This document shows positions 23,649-36,943 of a DNA stretch of 64,000 nucleotides, one piece after another. Below the pieces are notes generated by a model. It saw only the letters and a list, made by a program, of their open reading frames with translations. It was not told the DNA's origin and did no database searches. Origin of the DNA: Phoronis australis (Eukaryota; Animalia; Phoronida); NCBI GenBank assembly GCA_002633005.1, contig NMRA01000162.1, positions 703,761 to 767,760 of the forward strand. Reading direction: 5' to 3'. The position numbers and the translations under genes are program-made. Each line of letters starts with the position of its first letter. The first letter of the stretch is position 1.

Positions 23649-24850
23649 TGGATTCGCTGTGTGACAAATGTGTGATTATTGGTGAGGTACCAGAGTGTGA
23701 GGATGTCGAGTTGTTGAATTTTCTGCCCGCTGAAATTCCCAATGGCGTTAAGCATGCTTGGCGAGTTAACTTATTCTTTTACATCGTCTTTGATTCTGAC
23801 AAAATAGTTAACAAGTGTGTTAATTTTGTACGTAAGGACCATTTCAAGAAATTCAAATTGATAAATTTCAAAAGCAACTGGTACTGATGAGTCATTTCTC
23901 CGTGAATGTGCCGGTAAAAGTGATGAAAACATGTCCTCGTTGATTTCATTGATAGGGGAGATGTCTCCTGTTCAAAAGAATACTGTGGTCATCTGTTGTT
24001 GGATCCGGCGACCCTAACAGTGTTGAGAGTAAACATGCGTCTTCAAGTGTGAACTCATGGGGTAATGTTTTTCATATGGACCTTGTTCGCTTAGCCGCAT
24101 TTTCAGGTAGTGAGAGCTTGTGTATTTCCTTTCAACAGCGGTTAGGCGAAGTGCAGTGTTTGCAGGTTACGTTGCAAAACGATGGTTTTCTGAAAAAACC
24201 GATCAGACCCTCGTTGAGGGGCAGTGCGGCTGAATTGCTTGAATCTGATTTGTCTGAAAACGAATTGCTTAGTAAATTAAACTCTAGATACGGTGATGTG
24301 TTACCTGTTGGAAAAATTCTACAGTTCTAGACAGGATAAAAAAGATAGCGTTACCCAATGGGCTGGGCGCTTAGAGAAAAATGTCTGAATCATGCCCCAT
24401 TCCGAAAGAGGCGCTGCCATCTGTGCTAAAATCACATTTTGTGTCCGGTTTGCTGTCAAATGACGTCAGACTTGGTCTAAAGCATTTTGTGGACGAGCTA
24501 CTGATTTGCGCCCGTCGTTTAGACACTGAGTTCAGCATAAAATCGCAGTCACACCACTCTCTTGATAGTGGTGATAAAACTTATAAAATGGTCACTATGA
24601 TCGATGCCTTGGCTAAAAGAATAGAGAAACTTGAAGGTAGTTTCACTCGAAATAGGTCCAATGTTTTCAACGAGAACTCTAGGTTCCGCAGACAACCCTA
24701 TGGTAACGTGAACCGGCAACGTTCGGAACAACAGAGTATTTGCCAATCTACTGATGTGCGGGCTGACAGCTCTTTACCCAGATTTGACGGTGTTTGTTTC
24801 CGGTGCCATGAATACGGTCATAGGGCTGCCAATTGCACGGTTGCTTTAAA
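23649..24850 (+). pseudogene. PNMA-like Gag with a CCHC zinc knuckle
   Basis: IRPSLRGSAAELL, LLSKLNSRYGDV and CFRCHEYGHRAANC; stops and frameshifts. Confidence 0.8.
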
Positions 24851-24929
24851 CTTCATTCGGTCGTCGACAGGGGGGGTTTCCAACCGATCGCATGGAAACC
24901 CCCCCTCAGTAGGCTTAGTATGGGAATCC

Positions 24930-27080
24930 TTTGAAAAGGAATTGATGATTTCAAATGTGAGATGCATATGTTTCCTCGATACTGGTTCTAGAGTAAGTAC
25001 GATCTCCGACAGCTTGTGTCAGCATATTGGTTTGTCTCTGCTGCCTATTTCAGATATTACTCGACCTTTGCGTGTTGAAAACGCCAACGGAGAAGCTTTG
25101 CCTTACAAGGCTTAGTTTCACTGTTGGAGTAACCGATACCGATGAGTCAATTGATGTTTTGTTTTTGGTTGTTCCAAACACTTCTTATAATTTACGTGTT
25201 CCTGTTATAGTGGGTACTAATGCTTTGCGTGTTTTGATCGATCTCGTTGATAATGACAATCGCACGGACTGGTTGCTGCTGTTGAAAAATGTCATGTTTA
25301 ATCGTTAAACCTCTCCCAGGCGTAGTTAAGACTGATAAAACTGTTACCATTCCGTCTGGGATGTCCCAAATAATCGATGCATGTACATGTATTTGTGTTA
25401 ACCCATATACATCTTCTAGTTTACAGGTTGTCACCGAAGATTATAGTTCACTGTCACTTCCTAGAAACTTGCAGATGTGGCCCACATTGCATGAGATTAA
25501 CCCTGGGGATCATACGATTCCTGTTAGAGTCGCGAATGTGGGTTGTAAGTCTGTTACTGTTCCTGCTGGTTCAAGCATCTGCAGCATGGTACCGGTGGAT
25601 CAGACGGCAGCTGAAATTCCCTGTTCTGACTCAGCCGAGAATTCTGAGGAGTTCATAATAAACCCAGATTTAAGTATTGAGCAGCGCGCCCGAGCCACAA
25701 GCTTACTCAATGAATATCAAGATATTTTTGCGCAGAATGATTTGGATCTTAGTCATGTTACTCAGGTTCAGCAAAAGATACATTTGACAAGCGATGCTAC
25801 TTTTAAACACCGACATCGCTCTATTCCTCCTAACATGTTGGAGGAAGTTAGAGCTCACTTAAAGGATATGTTGCAACTGGGGGTTATCAGACCGTCCACT
25901 AGTCCATATGCTTCTAGTGTTGTCTTAGAACGTAAAAAGTCTGGAGAGTTGCGATTTTGCTTAGATTTTCGTAAATTGAACGAGATCACGGTAAAGGATG
26001 TTTATGCTTTGCCTCTTGCTACTGAAAATTTGCATACGCTCCATGGTTCTCAATATTTTTCAACTCTTGACATGAAATCTGCTTATTGGCAGGTAGATAT
26101 AGCAGAGGAAGACAAACATAAAACGGCATTCACTGTAGGTCCACTCGGATTTTACGAGTGCAATAGACTTCCGCAACGTTTCAACAAGTGATGGAAATGT
26201 GTATGGGGGACTTGTATATGTCTGAGTGTTTGATATTGTTGGACGATATTTTCGTGTTTAGTGATACATTTGAGAATCATCTAACCCGACTGAGAAATGT
26301 GTTTCAACGCGTAGGTGAGTTTGGCAAGAAACTTAAGCCGTCAAAATGCGAGTTCTTTAAGCAGCGAACTGTGTATTTGGGTCACGTGATTTTTCAACAA
26401 GGGGTCGAATGTGATCCTGATAAGATAGCGGTTGTGTTGGATTGGCCTGTTCCAAAGTGTGTGAAAGACGCGCAAAGTGTTTTAGGTTTCGTGGGTTTTT
26501 ACCGACGCTTTATTCAAGACTTTGCATCACTTGCTCAGCCTCGTGATGCACTTACAAAGGGAGTAACGGGTCGTAAACGTAATTCTTCCGATACCTCGAA
26601 TGGACTGTTTGTTTGGGGTGATGAAGAACAGTATTCTTTTGAAGAACTTAAACGCAGGTGCACGAGTAGCCCGGTACTGGCATTTGCTGATTTTACGCAG
26701 CCATTTTCTGTGCACATTGACGCCAGCATGACGTCGTTAGGTGCTGTAGTATATCAGGAGTCGGGGGATTGATTAGACCCAGTGCCTTGCGAGTCGTTGT
26801 TTGAGAGAAGCCGAGAAACTCGATCCTGTACATAACCTTGAGTTTCTGGCTCTTAAGTGGGCCATAACGTCTAAGTTTCACGATTACCTATACGGCGGTT
26901 TGCCGTTTGTAGTGTACACTGACAATAATCCTGGTACATATGTATTGTCTACAGCTAAGCTGGATGAATGCTCTCAGAGGTGGGTTTCTGAATGAGCGAA
27001 TTATATTTTTCAGATTGTGTACAAGACTGGTAAGTCAAACTTAGACGCTGACGCGCTATCAAGAATAGTGTGGCCTGATC
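24930..27080 (+). pseudogene. Gypsy pol 5' part (protease, RT, RNase H)
   Basis: FLDTGSRVS; SPYASSVVL, LRFCLDFRKLN, FSTLDMKSAYWQ, KTAF, LLDDIFV; HIDAS, LEFLALKWAI, YTDNNP. Confidence 0.92.
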
Positions 27081-27110
27081 ACGGCCAGGCTTTGCTTTGT
27101 GGTGTTACGA

Positions 27111-29515
27111 TAGTCCAGTCATTGTACGGATAACCCGGAAAAAGTGCAACAGAAGGTTTTATTGCATAAATCGTATCCAAGGAAAGCAGCCACGGTGCAC
27201 TCTGTGTAGTCTCCCATTTCGCAACCTTTAGTTAAACCTCCTGTTGCTTTAATACTTTTCATGAGCATTTGTTCAATTACAAGATCATATCACAATATGA
27301 CAAGCCTGCCCAGAATCTGTCACTTTGTCTTATGGTTTGTTGGCCGTAGATGTCTGGACGGGTGTCTTTGAGTTGCTACGTCTGCTTCAGTCAAGTATAT
27401 AAATGAAGATTTTGCATAAGAGTTGTGACCAGCAGCTGCAAAGTAAGGCAGCATTTCAGAAACTGCTTTTAGGTGAAGCTCCCAATCAGACGTTATTTCT
27501 GCTTTTAAAAAAGTCGAAGGATGTCAATCATCTTCATATACTGTAGTCAAAGACTAGTGACTCGACTTTGCATGGACAAATCTGATTTATGTGCTTTGAT
27601 TTTTTATGGACACCCACAAGACACTCCGTCGAGCATACATCGTCGCACACAGACGTCATGCCAGCAATAAGATCATCATACTGCTTCAGACCAGCTCTCA
27701 AATCATCATGAAGAATATCATTGGACATTGAATCTTCTGACGAACTATTCTCTGTCACTGTGAATTCTGAACACCTATACTCTGATTCAGTCGTGTTTGA
27801 ATACACCAGTGGCAGTAGGTCGGAAACCAGAAGTGAACTCTCGTGAGGGCATTCCATTATAATCCAAGGTTCAGAATCGGAAGACACTGGCTGGGCATGG
27901 CATGCCCCATAGTATACATCTAGTTATGTGATCAGTTGGGATGTCTGAGATGTCTGAAGAATCTGTCTCCATCTTCTGACAGCCAAAATTTGTATACAAG
28001 CATTGAACTGCTCTTGGCATGTAATCTGTGTATTCTGTGTTGGTGACATTCCGGACTCCTGGAATTTCTGAAGAACCTGAATTTCTTTCTTCATTGGTTT
28101 TGGATTGGTGTTACTTGATCTGTCTATATTTGGAAGTGGGATGTTGAATGTTCTGGCTTTTATGATAGCATTCAGTGCTGAGTCTACCAACATATGCCCC
28201 CTCACTGCTCTATCCACACTTTTTCCATTTAACATAAGGATCACACTGTTTGATGCATACACCGTCTCAAGAACTCCTTGAAGCCCTGTGCTTGACATTA
28301 CGTATCCAATACATTCCAGAATGCTCATCTCAGTATGAAATCTTCCAAGCCTGGCTAAGAACAAGTGACTGCAGATCACTGTCGTTTTGTTTGCAGGCAC
28401 TAATTTGCTCTAAAATCAGTTACCTATGTTTATAAAAAGCATGCATATTAAACAAATTGTGGGCCCTAACTATTAAAATTTAATTAATAACTTTTTGTTA
28501 CACAATCCTATTTGCTTTTCATCAAATTCAGGTGAAATCAGCAGCCAAATTCTCAATACATGCCAGCAGCAGACGAAATCGATGCTTGGGAACAACTAAT
28601 AACATCTCCAACAACAGAGAAAAAAGCCACTTCCTGCCCAATTTTATTAAGGGTTTGTATAATGAATAAGCCAATAACTCCACCAGAATAACACATTTTT
28701 CTAAAAAATATAATTTTTGATACCTCAAATGAATATATTTTACAGAAAAACATATGAGTTTGTAAAATCTATTATGAAAATTTAACTAAATCCTTTTCTG
28801 AAAAACACACCGACTTTTATGTTATAAAATCTAAAATGTGATTAAAATTCCACATTTAGTATATAAATCTTAAAAACGAATTATAGAAACAATCAACTCA
28901 TTAACCCTGACTGTAGATTGTAAAATAATTTTGTGTAAATGCGTATCAGGTTACAAACAAAGTTTGCAGAACGTAAATGCGGTAAATTGGGGTTTGTGAA
29001 TTGGCAGCCATTTTGGCGGCCATTTTGCCAGCCATCTTGATTTTTTTCTCGCAAACCAGTGACCAATTGTAAGGTCCAGACATTTTCAATTGTCTAACTT
29101 ACAAAAGAATAAAACTTTTGCCATTTTCATGTCAAAATATAAAAAGAAATCTTGCAACATGTACCAAATTGCCGTTTCGGCCGCCATTTTGTCGGCCATA
29201 ATGGTTTTATTTTACGGAAAATTTGCATCTTATGTGGTATGCCTGTTATGAAAAGTATATAATCAATGACAAACTTTATTGTTTTATTTTTAGCTGTTAC
29301 ATAAGAGTAATATGCCAGAAAACAGTAAACAGTAAACACCGGTTTTGTCGGCCATTTTTTCCGCCATCTTGAAAAACCGACTTCCGCCACTCCGATTTCC
29401 GTAGATTTTTTTTCTGACACTAAGGGATGTTTGAAGATGCCATTTATGCAAAAAAAACTTTCTGTTGCAATTTTTTCTAGGTTGGGCCCTCTGGAGCCCT
29501 AGAATGACTGGACTA
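27111..29515 (-). mobile_element. Academ DNA transposon (internally deleted) inserted into Gypsy pol
   Basis: TIRs TAGTCCAGTCATT / AATGACTGGACTA extend imperfectly to about 60 bp; exact 3-bp TSD CGA. Transposase motifs LGRFHTEMS.L.CIG..M..TGL..VL..VYA.NSV..ML.GK...RAVRGH.LV and DWELHLKAVSEMLPYFAAAGHNSYAKS. Confidence 0.88.
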
Positions 29516-29576
29516 CGACACGGAGTGGGTTGGACACTTCGTCGTCATTCTCCCTGCTTTACCAAACGCCGAATTA

Positions 29577-30800
29577 GTGAATTTACAACGTAATGATATT
29601 ATTCTTGGTGGCGTGATGGGATGCTTGCGAGCAAAACGTAAGCCTGATGACACCGCAGATAGCGGTGTACGGAAATATTTGAGGTATTGGAATGATATTT
29701 ACTTAGATCGGGGAATGCTGTTCAAAAACAGGGTCTCCTCAGTTGATAATGAAGTTGTTAGTATGTTAGTTGTGTCACAAGCGCTACGAAGTGAGATTGT
29801 GGTGTCTCTGCACGATGGAGGTGGGCACCAAGGCTATGAGAGAACATTTGTCTTGATTAGCAATCGCTACTTTTGGGTAGGCATGCAAAAAGATGTGGCA
29901 GACTGTTGCAAATCATGTGCGAGGTGTGAAACCGAGGACTATCATGAGTCACTTGAATGCATGTAGACCCAATGAAGTGTTAGCCGTTGATTTTGCTGTT
30001 CTAGAGCTGTCCAGTGACGTTAGGGAAAACGTCTTGGTGATGACTGACGTATTCACGAAGTTTACGCAGGTTGTTGTGACACGTAATCAAACTGCCCTAA
30101 CTGTTGTCAAGGCTCTGACTGATCAATGGTTCAATAAGTTCGGTATTCCGAACAGGATTCATAGCGATCAGGGTCGCAAGTTTGAAACCGATCTCGTTAA
30201 ACAGTTGTGTAAATTATATGACATTCAGAAATCCCGTACAACTCCATATCATCCTGAGGGAAATTCACAGTGTGAGCGTTTTAATAGCACATTGCATAAT
30301 CTGTTGAAAATTTTGCCAATTGATCACAAGCGTAAATGGCCGGAGTATGTACACATGTACATGATCCGGTGATGTCGTATAATTCTACCCACACAGCACT
30401 ACTAAGAACTCTCCGTTTTTCTTGTTCTTTAGCAGGGAACCGAAATTGCCTTCGGATGTTCTCCTGCGGTTTGATGCAGCAAATGAGTATGTAAAGTTAA
30501 GAGCAGATAAAATGAAAGACGCTTGGCTGCGTGCTCGGTATTTTACTGATTCTTCGAATGATAGAAATAAAGCTAGACATGATACACGTGTGTTCGCCCA
30601 ATCACTTCCGTTTGGTGCAACGGTATTTCTGAGAGACCACAGTATCATAGGGAAGAACAAAATTCAGAATGCATTTGGTTCAGTTCCTAATCGTATTGTC
30701 TCTCGGAGAAATAATATGTATGCTGTGTGGGCGGCAGATGGTGCCGGACCGATTAAAACTGTGAATAGGTCGGGGATCTTGGATGGTAGGGACTTGGTAG
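29577..30800 (+). pseudogene. Gypsy integrase (HHCC + DDE + C-terminal region)
   Basis: LHD..GHQG.ERT......YFW.GM..DV...CKSCARC; LAVDF, TDVFTKF, IHSDQGR.FE and [18 protein letters not shown]. Confidence 0.92.
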
Positions 30801-30984
30801 GTCTTTGGTATTTTGAATGTTGCTGCTGTTGCAAGTGCGCCAGGCGTTGCCGAGCTGAAAGTGGAATGTACGTTGTGATGTCTGTAGCCAGTACGAGGAG
30901 ACTGAATGATTCCATTTCACTGCGCTTTGTTTTCTTATTGTATGTTAATGATGTCGGGACGACATTTTTTGTTAGGGGGGAGAA

Positions 30985-31210
30985 TGTGACGGGACGTTCG
31001 TAACTTTACGTTTATTTAGTTGCAAATATTCAGTTATTGTTATGCTAATAACTTTGTTGCGTCTCAGTGCGCCTTTGTTACGTGGGCATGCGGGCGCGAC
31101 TGTATGTGTCGGGCACTTCGCTAGCGACAGGCTTAGGAGAAGGGTGTTTCCTTCCTTTGCCTTCATGAAAATTGATCGTTATCATGTGTAACTGAACTGA
31201 AACGTATGCC
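30985..31210 (+). repeat. 3' LTR (truncated)
   Basis: Follows the PPT; near-identical to 22974-23198, then similarity stops abruptly. Confidence 0.85.
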
Positions 31211-31373
31211 TATTATGAGATGAAATACACATTTTGAAGTTCAGTGGAGACTTGCTCTGTTACAGATACATGTACATGTACTGTATTAGTTCAGGAAGAA
31301 ATCCTGTTGCTGCATATTAAGTATTGAAAGTGAACACTTTCATTACATAATTAGTGTAAGTCATATCGCTTAC

Positions 31374-31553
31374 CGTACTTAGGCGTAACTTCTTCGGGTC
31401 TTCCATGGGGCCAAATCTCTACACTTAATGAGACGTTACAGTTGACAGCACGGTAGAAAAACATGATACAGCCTACACCCCACTCTAAATCTATTGTCGG
31501 ACTTGCTAGTTCAGCTCTTGTCGGATGCTGTGCTTGTAAGTACCAAAATGTGC
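31374..31553 (-). CDS. MAM-like domain exon B (upstream copy), 180 bp, phase 1-1
   Basis: ttgaag acceptor and GTAAGC donor; GTFWYLQAQHPTRAELASPTIDLEWGVGCIMFFYRAVNCNVSLSVEIWPHGRPEEVTPKY carries the MAM motifs A.L.SP and C..FFY. Confidence 0.75.
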
Positions 31554-34500
31554 CTTCAACGAGAGATACAGTGTATAAAGCACACGTGACTGCAGCGTGG
31601 GATAGAAATGTTCTTACACAATTGACGAGCATTTTCGGTCACACCTAGAACTGCTGAATGGTATTTAGTTTCTGTTACTGTGCGCGTATAGGCGCATAGT
31701 AATCTTCCTCATGTGTTTACTTCTTGTTTTTCTTATTCTCATTACTTTGCGCGTGTTGGATCAGAGTATTGTTGTTCCAGGATTTTCTTTCTAATTCTTA
31801 TTCTTCTTATTCGTATTCTTCTTGCGACCAAGGTTGACGCTTAACAACTCCAAATTGAGTGCAGGTACATCCAATTTGGGCACAAAAACCTCTTTTGAAG
31901 TATAATTGACGAATTTGTTAAAGTAATGGATACCTGTCTTTAAAGAGTTCCCATCACGACCCTGTGTCTCAAAATATAATAATGCATCATAAGAGACTCA
32001 ATAGTCTTTCGTATACATAATGCTAAGAAACAAGCCAAAAATTTAATTTGATCTTTTATTGTTATCGTGGTTGTACGAAATGGATGGAAGACTGTCTCGC
32101 CGTTGTTGTTTTTTACAAATGCGGTACTGACGAGTTCAGGGGGAAGTCTTCATAGAACGTCGTTTGTCAGACGTGAAAAGTTGTTATTATGGAGGCTGAA
32201 GTAACAGTGAGTTGACTGAGAACGTCTCTGTTCAAATTTCCTAAATTCATGAAAGGTGCGCTTTGTGCGCAGCACGTGAAATGGAATATCATATTTTCAG
32301 TTGTTAGCACGTTTCAAGGAATCGTGTTTCGAACAAACACAAAAGTGAGGTAACGATGAAGGACTTGCCACTTTGTAAGACAGTGTATTTGCAACTCTTA
32401 TAAATAACGAACAATCTGCTTGCATTCTGGGGCGAGTTATGCCAGCTCCTTGACACAGGCCTAGATCGGGAGCTGCGACACGTATTCTTACATGTATGTT
32501 TAGACCACGCTGTGCTTATTCCGTCAGAATAACAATGAATACGACTGACCCAAGTTTACAGTGGCCTTTGTCAGTGATTATTATTAAACATCTAGATTGT
32601 GAATATTGACCACCACTTGGTTCAGTTGGTTGTTCCTTAAACATGTCTATAGGATGTCTCGTGCATGAGGGTCGACTACCTACGTCCTCAGAGCTTACGA
32701 AAGTTTGCTAAGTCGGAATCGAATTCATTCTTCAAGTACTTGACAGTGATGCTCGTATTTACACTCCTTTCTATTTCTTAAATACATGAACATGTAGGTG
32801 TCCAGTTCTCTCTCGAAATCGTCTTTGTTTTCTTATCTGCTAGCTGGGTTCCGCTTTTGCAATTGATTGTCAAGTGACCGGACGTGTTCCATCTGCTTAT
32901 ATCAATTGGCAGGAAACTTGGATATACCTAATTTTTTCTTCAAAACTAAAAAAAATCTCTACTACTTAGCATAAAAAGTGCTCACATGTATTTAGTCCGA
33001 GCATGGTGGGAACTCTTTAAGTACACGTAGATGGGGCCTCTGATTAGTTGTCAAAATGAATTTTGAGACGCTTTAAAACATTGCCAGCTAAATCAGACTA
33101 TTGGAATGACCCTTCAAGTTACAAGCATTGCGTAGACGTTTTATTTTCGAATTTGCTAACTTCAATAACCTACATGTATATAATTTTTTAGAGCTCTTGT
33201 GGTTACCTTTGGTAACGGGAACGGAATTTTACAACGGTGAGTGATATGATAAGACCGCGTTTACACCCCTTTCCTTAGCCCTGCCTTGTCTAAAATTCAT
33301 TTGACACCTTTTGTAACGCTCAATTAAAATTTGTGACGCAACTTTTTTCTCGCAACAAGATCTTAAAGTATGACGCAGTCTAATAATTTACTTTCGCAAT
33401 CTGAGCTTAGCGCCTTAAAGAGTAGCAAAGCCGCCAGGTGTCGAGATGTCCTACAAGTGCAGGGTTTTTCAATTAAACTGAACCACGTCGAAATTTGACG
33501 CACCAAATTGCGAATAAAATATCGCTTCGGTAACAATACTGTTGGCGAACTCTAAATTCGTTTGTCCAAATCACAACATACAATTCATGGGCATTCACAG
33601 GCTTGCAAAATTAATGTCAGGCACATTAACGTCACTTTAAACTCGACTTCATTAGACAAGAGCTTACAGTGACAAAACTGCCAAGCAATTCTGGTAAGAA
33701 GTTTGTCATAGGATTCTGTCAAAATATATTCAATTATTTTGAATACGAACTGTAAATCAAAATTGTATTTCCTTGAAAACTATTAACCTCCTGCACGTTA
33801 TGGTTGCATTTCTCAGCACGTCAAGCTCCTTGTTCTGATGACAACAAGTATTTACAACATGTTCACCGATCCTCTGCTTTACCTTTTTAAGGTGATTCAT
33901 GCATGCAAGGACAAACTCAGAAATTGTTTGTAGGCAGTACATATATGTAGATGAAAATAATATAATATAATTATAAACATGTTGTGATTTGCTTCTACGG
34001 ACATATTAAAAACTAGCATTGCTTAAGAGAAATTCTCTGAAAATAATACCGCTTTCTAGACAGCCATTAATAACAAATTGCAATTTTAGAAGAGACATCA
34101 TCACAGGAATTGGAATCATTTACAGATAATTGGTTTTGATTAAATGCACGAATGAGTGAGTATTTTGGATATTCGTTGACTGCACTTTTGACAAAAAAAA
34201 ACGAAATAAAATTGTTGGTAGCCACATTTACAGTTTGGAAAGACATTACTAAAGTTGTGAATTAACTAATTGTCGCTGTGGAGGAAAATACTGCATCTTG
34301 ATCGATACGATTATATTTCATTTTGGTCGGGAAGGGAGAATGTGTCACGGCTATTGAGTTGTCAGCATTATGTAAAACAGTTCTGGAATTGTCTTTTATA
34401 CATGTAAAAGTGTTGCTTTCCGTATCAGAGACTGGACGAGAATTCCAGTTGTTGATACACATCATGAATGTAGACCTACACTGTAGCTGAACGACAGAGG

Positions 34501-34859
34501 AATTGCGTATGAGGCGGCAGATCTCAAACCGGTACGTTGGCCTTGTATAGTACAAAGACCAACTTTTTGGCAGGGACATTGTTTTCATTGTCTAGTACTT
34601 TTAAAGTAAATGTGGTCATGTGAAGATTACTTCGAGTAGACAGTTTTAGCCACTTGAATGTATTCAAAACCTTAACACAATTGGATCGCCTGCAAGCTCC
34701 AGTTATGCTTAGTAATGTACATGTAATTTATCCAAATGCTGGAGTGCATCAGAGTTGGCAGACTGATATACATGTCAATAACCATCATCGATGTGTGATA
34801 GTATAAATGATTTGAAAAGGACTCCAAAATGTGTAGAATTCAAATGATGAGAGACGAGC

Positions 34860-36620
34860 TAATGTCCATTAATTAGTTCCTCATGTTCTTGCACGATCTC
34901 CCGAACGTGAGGCGTGAATAAAAATTTTTCTTCTAACATTATACCACAGTGTCTGTTCGACTTTCTCGGAATCATTTGATCATTACGTTTAAAGTCAAAG
35001 GATGGGTCTACAAATAAGAGAGAATTGTTAGATTGGTAACATGTGAAGCCAACGCTGTTTTCTGGTTTTAAGATCATTCTTCATTCTTCTGACCAATATC
35101 TGAGTTTAGTCAAGTCGTGCTGTACCTGCAAGACACTATCAGGGCTGACACCTGCAAAGGGAAATAAGCGCCGTGTCATCTGCATCAAGGTATGTGCTAG
35201 TTGGCAGTTTCATAGGAAGGTCATTATTACAAACCAAGAAAAGAAGAGGGCTTAATACGCTACCCTGCGGTACACCTTTGTTTACAAATATAGCAGAATA
35301 TGGTGTTGAAGGAACACCTTTGACATACACGATGTGTTCATATTTTTTAGAATATCAGAAATGCCACGGGATCAAATTTTGTAGAGTAGGTGGTGTTTGG
35401 GGATACAGTCGAAAACAAAGGCTCTATCTAGAAATATGGACCTGGCACACTCGGCCTTCTCAAAATGTAAATGGATCTCATTAACTAATTCAAGTTGTGC
35501 CACGGTGCTGTTTCCAGGCAAAAACAAGCTGGTGATGAGGAATCAAGTTGTTTTGTTTGAGAAATATAAGAATATTTCCAGTAGTAATCTGGATGGTTTT
35601 GGATAAGGTGTAAGTTAATGTTATTGGGCGACAATTTCAAATTTCAGTTCGGAGTCGTTTTGTGTATGGGGGCCTTAATTTCATGTTTCAAAAAGACGAA
35701 TCAATACCTGGTTGAAGAAGTTTGTTAAATAGGTTTGTTACATGCATGGTAATTTCGGTGGTAATCATTCCGATTACCCTGCTCCTAATAAAAGCCGTGG
35801 CATCATTTTATTACGGCCACTTCAATTAATACATGTATACATGTACTTCCGGACATCTGCTGATTAGCCAGGTTATCAAACGGTTGACTGGGAAAACGTT
35901 CATAAAGAAAAGAAAAATAACACACAGTCGGTGTAATGTGGCTCTTGTTCGTGAAAATTTTGAGAAATGATTCACACTTGCCACTGGTACATGAGCCTTG
36001 GATACCATTGTGGTTGTTGACTGGGTGAGAGAACTGCTGTTGACTACCCCATATTTTATTGATATTAATCCAATTTTCCCTTGGAGTTGTTGTTTAAACT
36101 GATAATTTGCGAAAAAAATGCTTTTGACGGTATCCAGCTTGGGCTTGATTTACTAAAGTCCTGGTCAGACGTGACTGCTTCTTTTATACGTTGTAGATTA
36201 CAGTATTGTTAAATCTTCTGAAGTAGTTGTAAAGGCTATTTCCTGTGCAGATTGCCCGTTTGATATGATTGTTGAAGCATCCTTGGCTGTTGTGTTTAAT
36301 TTCCATTCTGGTTGATGGGCTGTTTTTGTACGTATTTCTTAAAGAGTATTAGTGAAGAATGATACAGTGCCATCAATGTCTCCGGTGTCTTCTTTGGAAC
36401 CCCAATGAGTGGAGAAGGTGCCGTGACGTAGCTTATACGTGTTGATTTGGTCACATTTCCATATAGTTCGTGTGGTGTCTTGTTCTTTAACCGGTTCGTT
36501 CAATGTCAGAGTGGTTTCCACTTTGTGTTGGTCATAGTTGCCAACAGGAGGTAGTACAGAGCATGATTCAATGATTCTCAAACTGATTGTTATGCAGAGA
36601 ACAATTCATGTCACTCATGC
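34860..36620 (-). mobile_element. Decayed non-LTR retrotransposon (CR1/L2 group) ORF2
   Basis: KGVPQGSVLSPLLFL...NDLP and DADDT; an upstream RPITL-like segment. Heavily frameshifted. Confidence 0.8.
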
Positions 36621-36796
36621 GCGTTGTCTCCATAATTAGCTACAAGCCCTTATGAGAAATTATTATATCAAACAGAAAAAGTCCGGCCCTACTGTCATTA
36701 CCATCGGGCGTTACAATCACCATTGTTCACACCTTTTACCCACCCAAGTCGTTCCCCCAATTCTCTCTCACCACCAATTCTGTACATTCGGCTTAC

Positions 36797-36943
36797 CAGT
36801 TGTGTTTCCAACTATGGAATCGACGGGAAGTCTATTCCTTTGCGTCTGAAAAGTTGACGCATCAACAAGTCGCCAACCATCTCCGTTATTTGCAGTTGTC
36901 TCCGTTGTAAATCCACATCGATCATCGAAATTACAGTGTTTTT
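36797..36943 (-). CDS. MAM-like domain exon A (upstream copy), 147 bp, phase 1-1
   Basis: tttttgtag acceptor and GTAAGC donor; KHCNFDDRCGFTTETTANNGDGWRLVDASTFQTQRNRLPVDSIVGNTT matches MAM C.F[DE]..CG...W.......P..D...G..G and splices in frame to 31553. Confidence 0.75.

Larger units (their letters stand above)
22974..31210 (+). mobile_element. Ty3/Gypsy LTR retrotransposon with PNMA-like gag, decayed, 3' LTR truncated
   Basis: 5' LTR TGTGAC...GTCACA at 22974-23359; PPT AGGGGGGAGAA at 30974-30984; 3' LTR 30985-31210 matches 22974-23198; internal order gag-PR-RT-RH-IN. Confidence 0.93.

Noticed and set aside
34262-34588. 108-aa minus-strand ORF between MAM exons A and B
   Set aside because: No recognisable motifs, and exons A and B join in frame without it, as in the paralogous pair.
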